Position numbers and translations under genes: made by a program. A model generated the notes under the pieces. It saw only the letters and a list, made by a program, of their open reading frames with translations. It was not told where the DNA came from and made no database searches. Shown here in pieces: positions 58,764 to 64,000 of a stretch of 64,000 nucleotides of DNA; position 1 is the stretch's first letter; every line of letters starts with the position of its first letter. The stretch is from Pseudomonadota bacterium (GTDB taxonomy: Bacteria > Pseudomonadota > Gammaproteobacteria > Magnimaribacterales > D2472), in assembly GCA_028344535.1 (NCBI GenBank), contig JAOMBK010000004.1, positions 3,893 to 67,892 of the forward strand. Reading direction: 5' to 3'.

Positions 58764-61195
58764 ATTTCTTCATCTAAAAAAAGTTCAAAGTAAGAATTTT
58801 TGCTATTTTCATCAACTGGCTGGCCTGTATCACGATCAACCCTCACATAAGAGAGACCTTTAGGAACTTTCCAATCTTCTTCAGGCAAGTTAGTAAGAGC
58901 TTTTTTCATAAAATCAACCCAAGTAGGCAAAGCGATGCTCGATCCAAATTCGTTATCTCCCAAAGAAGAGAAATCATCAGTTCCAACCCATACAGTGCTT
59001 ACCAAATTATCGTGAAAACCTGAGAACCAAGTGCTGATCGCATCATTAGTTGTGCCAGTCTTTCCTGCGATGTCACTCCTTCCTAAGACTTGAGTTTTTC
59101 TTCCGTTGCTTCCTCTTGATAGAGCCTCACGTAAAATATCTTTTGTAATAAAAGTTACTCTAGGATCAATTGGTTCCAGTGATTTCTTTGAAAGGGGGGG
59201 CAGTAAATAAAAAGGCTTTATTTCATCTGTAAGCTGAGTTTGAAACCATGGAAAAGCATCAATATTTTTTTTCTTATTTTCTTTTTGAGGATTTTGAAAA
59301 ATAGTCTTTCCATTTCTATCTTCTATTCGCTCAATAAAAAATAAATCTTTAGGATCCTCAGAGTTAGTCATAATGCTATACGCTCGCACCATCTCTGCTG
59401 GAGAAAAACTTGATGATCCAAGTGCCAATGATAAATCTGGAGCCAGCCTAGATGAAGAGAAGCCAAACCTTGATAAATAATTTTGCGTCAATGGAATTCC
59501 CATTTCTCGTAATAACTTTATAGAAACTAGGTTCACAGACTGAACTAAAGCTTCTCTGAGTCTAATAGGCCCATAAAATTTACCTGTATAATTTTCAGGT
59601 CTCCAGCTACTCTCTAAATTAGAGTCTTCAAATATTATGGGGGCATCATTTATTTTATCTGATGCTTTATAGCCATTCGCAAAAGCAGAGGCATAAATAA
59701 ATGGCTTAAAGCTCGAGCCCGCTTGAGGATATGATTGTTTGACTCTATCAAAGTTACTTTTTGAGAAATTCAATCCACCAATATAAGTCTTAATTGCACC
59801 ATTAGATGGATCTGTAGAAATAAATGCAACTTCAGCATCAGGGACTTGGTCAAGATAGTAATTTCCATTTTGCTCAGATAGATAGATCAAATCTCCCTTA
59901 CGAAGAATGTCATAAAAATTTTGAGGTCTGGGACCAAGTTTATTAATATCAATTTTTCGTCTAGCCCATTTGTATGATTCATCCCAAAATAAACTTTCTA
60001 ATTGAAAGGAATTATTAAGATAGATAATCCTTTCAGGCTTTACATCAATGACTATTCCGCCTGAATGTTGATCTAAATTCACAAGCTCTTCAAAAAAATC
60101 TCTAATAACTGATACATTGAGCTGCTTCATGCTCAGCTCATCTAGGGTATTGGATTCTTCATACAGAATGTCTAAATTACCAGTTTGTAATTCTTCAAAT
60201 ATTGATTCAGAAATTTTTGATAGGAGGTTTATAGGCTCTCTCCAGCCATGACGTTTATCATAGTCATATAAGTTTTTTGCTACGCTCTCAAGGGCAGCCT
60301 GCTGGAGTGAAGAATCTATTGTGGTGATAACTGATAATCCATCTTTGTAGACTGATAAGCCATATCTATCAATCATTGCTTGCCTAGCGATTTCAGCAAT
60401 ATATCGTCCATCTAATGAAAAGTTTGAATCTAATTGAGTTAGTTTTATTGGTTCAGATTTTGCAAGTAAAAACTGCGCCCTACCAATATATCCAAGCTTA
60501 TACATCCTTCCCAAAATCCAGTTACGCCTGATAACAGATCTGTCAGGAGAGCGAATAGGATTAATTCTCGAAGGAAGTTGAGCTGATGATGCAATTAATG
60601 CAGATTCGGCAAGAGTCAACTCATTGATAGATTTAGAAAAATATTTATTTGCTGCAGCCTCCACCCCATATGCTCGATTACCTAAAAAGATAGTATTTAA
60701 ATATAAGGAAAAAATTTCTTCCTTTGTTGCAGAACTTTCTAATTCAAAAGCTAAATAGATTTCTTTAATTTTTCGAATAATTTTTTGCTCTCTAGATAAT
60801 AAATATCCCCTGACAACCTGCATGGTAATTGTGCCGCCACCGCTCACAATTTCTCCAGATTGAATCATCTGGTAAAAAGCTCTAATAAACGATGGGATCC
60901 TTACGCCATCATGCTCAAAAAATTGATCGTCTTCTGCTGCTAAAAATGCATTTTTAAGATTCTGTGGAATTTGCTCATACTCTATCGTTCTTCTTTTTTG
61001 ATCTCCAAACTCCCCGATTAATATCCCATCAGACGTTAAGACTTTTAAAGGTATTTGCAATACATCTTCATCAACTAAGTTAATTTCAGGAAGACTGGGT
61101 TTAATAAGAAAATATCCCATGCCAATGGTCAAGATTGCTGCAAGGGTGCCAATAAGTGCAGCAACTAATGCCCAATTTATTAATCTAACAAACAT
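58760..61195 (-). CDS. mrcA: penicillin-binding protein 1A (bifunctional transglycosylase/transpeptidase)
   Basis: Glycosyltransferase motifs AAEDDQFFEHDG and GGGTITMQ. Transpeptidase motifs SSFKP and KTGTTND. Confidence 0.93.
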   Translation of the reverse strand: MFVRLINWALVAALIGTLAAILTIGMGYFLIKPSLPEINLVDEDVLQIPLKVLTSDGILIGEFGDQKRRTIEYEQIPQNLKNAFLAAEDDQFFEHDGVRIPSFIRAFYQMIQSGEIVSGGGTITMQVVRGYLLSREQKIIRKIKEIYLAFELESSATKEEIFSLYLNTIFLGNRAYGVEAAANKYFSKSINELTLAESALIASSAQLPSRINPIRSPDRSVIRRNWILGRMYKLGYIGRAQFLLAKSEPIKLTQLDSNFSLDGRYIAEIARQAMIDRYGLSVYKDGLSVITTIDSSLQQAALESVAKNLYDYDKRHGWREPINLLSKISESIFEELQTGNLDILYEESNTLDELSMKQLNVSVIRDFFEELVNLDQHSGGIVIDVKPERIIYLNNSFQLESLFWDESYKWARRKIDINKLGPRPQNFYDILRKGDLIYLSEQNGNYYLDQVPDAEVAFISTDPSNGAIKTYIGGLNFSKSNFDRVKQSYPQAGSSFKPFIYASAFANGYKASDKINDAPIIFEDSNLESSWRPENYTGKFYGPIRLREALVQSVNLVSIKLLREMGIPLTQNYLSRFGFSSSRLAPDLSLALGSSSFSPAEMVRAYSIMTNSEDPKDLFFIERIEDRNGKTIFQNPQKENKKKNIDAFPWFQTQLTDEIKPFYLLPPLSKKSLEPIDPRVTFITKDILREALSRGSNGRKTQVLGRSDIAGKTGTTNDAISTWFSGFHDNLVSTVWVGTDDFSSLGDNEFGSSIALPTWVDFMKKALTNLPEEDWKVPKGLSYVRVDRDTGQPVDENSKNSYFELFLDEEI

Positions 61196-61303
61196 ACAAA
61201 TTAAATGATTATGTTTTTACCTTAACTCAAAAATATTTTGATACATGAATTAGAATTATTTTACCCCTATAAATGATAGAATCAGCAACTTAAAAAACTA
61301 AGT

Positions 61304-61813
61304 ATGAATATTTTTATTGTTGGCCCCATGGGCTCGGGAAAAACCACTGTAGGAAAGATTGTGGCTGGTGAGCTATTTTTAGATTTTCATGATACTGATG
61401 CAAAGATTGAGGATAGTACAGGCGTCACAATAGATTGGATTTTTGATATTGAGGGTGAAGCAGGTTTTAGAAAACGAGAAACTGCCACATTAAAGGAAAT
61501 GGTTGCCTTGAATTCTATAGTTCTTGCTACGGGTGGCGGCATTGTAATTGAGGAAGAAAATAGAGAACTATTAGCATCAAGAGGCACTGTTTTCTATCTA
61601 CATACTCCATTAAACACTCAAGTTGAAAGAACAGCTAAAGATAAAGATAGGCCTTTATTAAAAGATAAAGATCCAGAAAAAGTCCTCGCTGATCTCCAGA
61701 AATCTAGACAATCTCTTTATGAAGAGGTTGCGGATCACATAATCAATACTGAGAATAAGAGTGGCTCTGATGTTGCAAATGAAATTGTTAAGCTAGTTAA
61801 AAATTATGGCTAA
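61304..61813 (+). CDS. aroK: shikimate kinase
   Basis: IFIVGPMGSGKTTVG P-loop, FRKRE and GGG motifs. Confidence 0.93.
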   Translation: MNIFIVGPMGSGKTTVGKIVAGELFLDFHDTDAKIEDSTGVTIDWIFDIEGEAGFRKRETATLKEMVALNSIVLATGGGIVIEEENRELLASRGTVFYLHTPLNTQVERTAKDKDRPLLKDKDPEKVLADLQKSRQSLYEEVADHIINTENKSGSDVANEIVKLVKNYG

Positions 61814-62879
61814 AGAACTATTTGCAGGTCAAAGAAAAAATAAATACAGGATTGTGATTAGCAAGAATGCTATTTCTAAAAAAAATCTTGCCCCTCTTCT
61901 TAAAAACCATAATAAAACTCTTCTCATTTCAGATGATGGAGTGCCTTCAAAGATAGTGAGAGAAGTTGCTGCCGTTTGCAAACCATCAACTAAAGTTTTT
62001 AAAATCATCCTCAAGCATGGAGAACAGGCTAAATCTGTTCAAAACTTTCAAAAAATACTTAATTTTTTAGCAGATAATAATTTTGATAGAACAGATCTAA
62101 TAGTGGCTGTTGGGGGCGGAGTGGTTGGAGATATCTCGGGTTTTGTTGCCAGCTCTTACCTAAGAGGCATTCAATTTATACAAATACCTACAACGCTTCT
62201 TGCTCAGGTGGATTCTTCTGTGGGAGGCAAGACTGCTATTAATATAGTAGCGGGCAAGAATCTTGTTGGAGCATTTTATAACCCAAAAGGCGTCATTATC
62301 GATACAACTGTTCTTAACTCACTTCCAAACAGAGAGTTCAAGGCTGGATTAGCAGAGGTCATTAAATATGCCTTCATTCAAAATAAATCTCTTTTTTCAT
62401 TACTCAAAAAATATACTAAAAAAATATTATTAAAGGATCAAAAAATTATTGAAGAAATAATTTTTTTATCTCTTCAAACTAAAGCAATGATTGTGACCAA
62501 GGATGAGAAGGAAAATGGTATTCGTGCAATACTAAATTTTGGACATACGTTCGGGCATGCCATTGAAGCACATGGTAAATATAAGAAAATCCTTCATGGA
62601 GAGGCTGTTGCCAAAGGAATGAAGGTGGCTTCTAAAATTTCCTATTTAGAAAATCTGATTTCTGAAAAAGAACACAAAGAAGTTATTGCTTTATTGCAAA
62701 ATTTTGAATTTGATTTATCTCTCGAGCAATATAAATACAGGGAACTAAAACCATATATTTTTAGAGATAAAAAAATTAAAGCAGGGAAATTAAATCTTGT
62801 CCTACTGAATAAATTATCAAATGCAGTGGTTACCAATTCATTTGATACCAAGAGTCTACAGAAAGGCCTTCAAGATTAA
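61806..62879 (+). CDS. aroB: 3-dehydroquinate synthase
   Basis: GGGVVGDISGF, IPTTLLAQVDSSVGGKT and NFGHTFGHAIE motifs. 8-nt overlap with aroK. Confidence 0.93.
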   Translation: MAKELFAGQRKNKYRIVISKNAISKKNLAPLLKNHNKTLLISDDGVPSKIVREVAAVCKPSTKVFKIILKHGEQAKSVQNFQKILNFLADNNFDRTDLIVAVGGGVVGDISGFVASSYLRGIQFIQIPTTLLAQVDSSVGGKTAINIVAGKNLVGAFYNPKGVIIDTTVLNSLPNREFKAGLAEVIKYAFIQNKSLFSLLKKYTKKILLKDQKIIEEIIFLSLQTKAMIVTKDEKENGIRAILNFGHTFGHAIEAHGKYKKILHGEAVAKGMKVASKISYLENLISEKEHKEVIALLQNFEFDLSLEQYKYRELKPYIFRDKKIKAGKLNLVLLNKLSNAVVTNSFDTKSLQKGLQD

Positions 62880-62880
62880 A

Positions 62881-64000
62881 TTAAGCAGCATTAGCTGTGG
62901 TTGCTTTTAATAGATCTTGGATATTTAAGGCTGCAGGTGACACCAACCAAAATGATGGCTCATATCTATCAAATTCATCTAATATTAATTTCGCCCTCTC
63001 ACTTTTAGTTTCTTTAATATGACGACCAAGGATTTGTTTTAAAAATTTTCTATGAGATTCCATTTCTTCGCTCACAATTCTATCTAAGTTAATAAGACTT
63101 CGATTGCATTGATCAAAAAACCTTCTATTGGTATCTAGAACATATGCAAAACCGCCAGTCATTCCTGCTCCAAAATTAGAACCTACATTTCCTAGAACAG
63201 TTACATGTCCACCCGTCATATATTCGCAACAATGATCTCCTGCACCTTCGATTACAGCAGAAGCTCCAGAATTTCTTACCGCGAATCTTTCACCAACACA
63301 GCCTCCAACGTAAAGCTCGCCACCGGTTGCGCCATACAATGCAGTATTGCCAACTAAAACAGTTGGGGAATCTTGAGAGGCATATTCAGCAGAGCTTGAT
63401 ATAACAATCTTTCCGCCATTCATGCCTTTGCCAACATAATCATTGGCATCGCCATTTAATTTTAAATTTAGGCCAGCAGCATTCCACACACCAAAGCTTT
63501 GGCCTGCAGAGCCAGTAAAATTTAGGTTTTGTTTTTGTTTCAACCCCTTTTCACCATATAAAGATGCGATCAACCCAGAAGCTTGAGCTCCAACGGATCT
63601 ATCGCGATTTGAAATATCATAGGAAAAATCAGATGAATACTCCTTTGAGATTGAAGATCTCACATCTTGCAGAATCTTTGCATTTAAATTGCCTTTATCC
63701 CACGGGTCATTTGAAGAAGTGTTGCAGTAATGAGGGGCAGTTGATTTTTTATCAGAATACAAAATTGGAGATAAATCTATATTTTCTGTAGAGGGATTTT
63801 CTTGTGTAATATCTTTTAAGTATTGTGTTTGGCCAATAATGGATTCGAGGTTAGAAACTCCCAATTTTAATAAAATTTCTTGGACTTCATTTGCAATAAA
63901 TGTGAAGTAGTTGATAACTCGCTCTTTCTCACCGATAAAGTGATGGTCAATAATATCTCTTCTTTGAGTTGCAACTCCAGTAGCACAATTATTAAGATGG
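62881..64000 (-). CDS. gltB: glutamate synthase large subunit, C-terminal part (continues past the right edge)
   Basis: GXGXG beta-helix domain YGATGGELYVGGCVGERFAVRNSGASAVIEGAGDHCCEYMTGG. My translation upstream of the track's TTG (63864) stays open to the window end (..VATQRRDIIDHHFIGEKERVINYFTFIANEVQEILLKLGV..), so the track ORF is only the tail of the gene. Confidence 0.9.
   Translation of the reverse strand, partial: HLNNCATGVATQRRDIIDHHFIGEKERVINYFTFIANEVQEILLKLGVSNLESIIGQTQYLKDITQENPSTENIDLSPILYSDKKSTAPHYCNTSSNDPWDKGNLNAKILQDVRSSISKEYSSDFSYDISNRDRSVGAQASGLIASLYGEKGLKQKQNLNFTGSAGQSFGVWNAAGLNLKLNGDANDYVGKGMNGGKIVISSSAEYASQDSPTVLVGNTALYGATGGELYVGGCVGERFAVRNSGASAVIEGAGDHCCEYMTGGHVTVLGNVGSNFGAGMTGGFAYVLDTNRRFFDQCNRSLINLDRIVSEEMESHRKFLKQILGRHIKETKSERAKLILDEFDRYEPSFWLVSPAALNIQDLLKATTANAA

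Overview
Visibly AT-rich, extremely gene-dense chromosomal segment: about 64 protein genes and 1 tRNA. I found no rRNA, CRISPR array, IS element, transposase or integrase. Gene content and order look like a gammaproteobacterium with Pseudomonas-type synteny: gyrA-serC-pheA-hisC-tyrA-aroA-cmk-rpsA, xseB-ispA-dxs, nrdR-ribD-ribBA-ribH-nusB, miaA/hflKC/purA, and mrcA/aroKB/gltB. Compaction is strong, with many 1-11 nt gene overlaps and several classic neighbours missing, which suggests a streamlined marine gammaproteobacterium (possibly SAR86-like). That assignment is inference only. Most of the window is ordinary housekeeping: aromatic amino-acid, riboflavin, isoprenoid, LPS and cell-wall genes. 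I see no clear-cut defence or mobile system. The best candidates for something under-described are listed here. (1) A four-gene cassette at 52.2-55.8 kb with a GT4 glycosyltransferase, two SAM methyltransferases and an (alpha/alpha)-toroid protein; its composition mirrors the mycobacterial methylmannose-polysaccharide locus. (2) An orphan phage-type replication pair at 20.3-21.6 kb (a protein with tandem DnaT-like repeats plus a lambda-P-like protein), wedged between aroG and an RND pump with no other prophage genes. (3) A TonB-receptor / paired acyl-CoA dehydrogenase / thiolase cluster in which one dehydrogenase carries an in-frame TAA. (4) A Cys-rich exported DUF3604/PHP-like protein. I also infer a ~12.6 kb inversion that splits the conserved nusB-thiL junction. 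All six convergent gene junctions in the window overlap or abut. All functional calls rest on motif recognition in the supplied translations; no searches were run.
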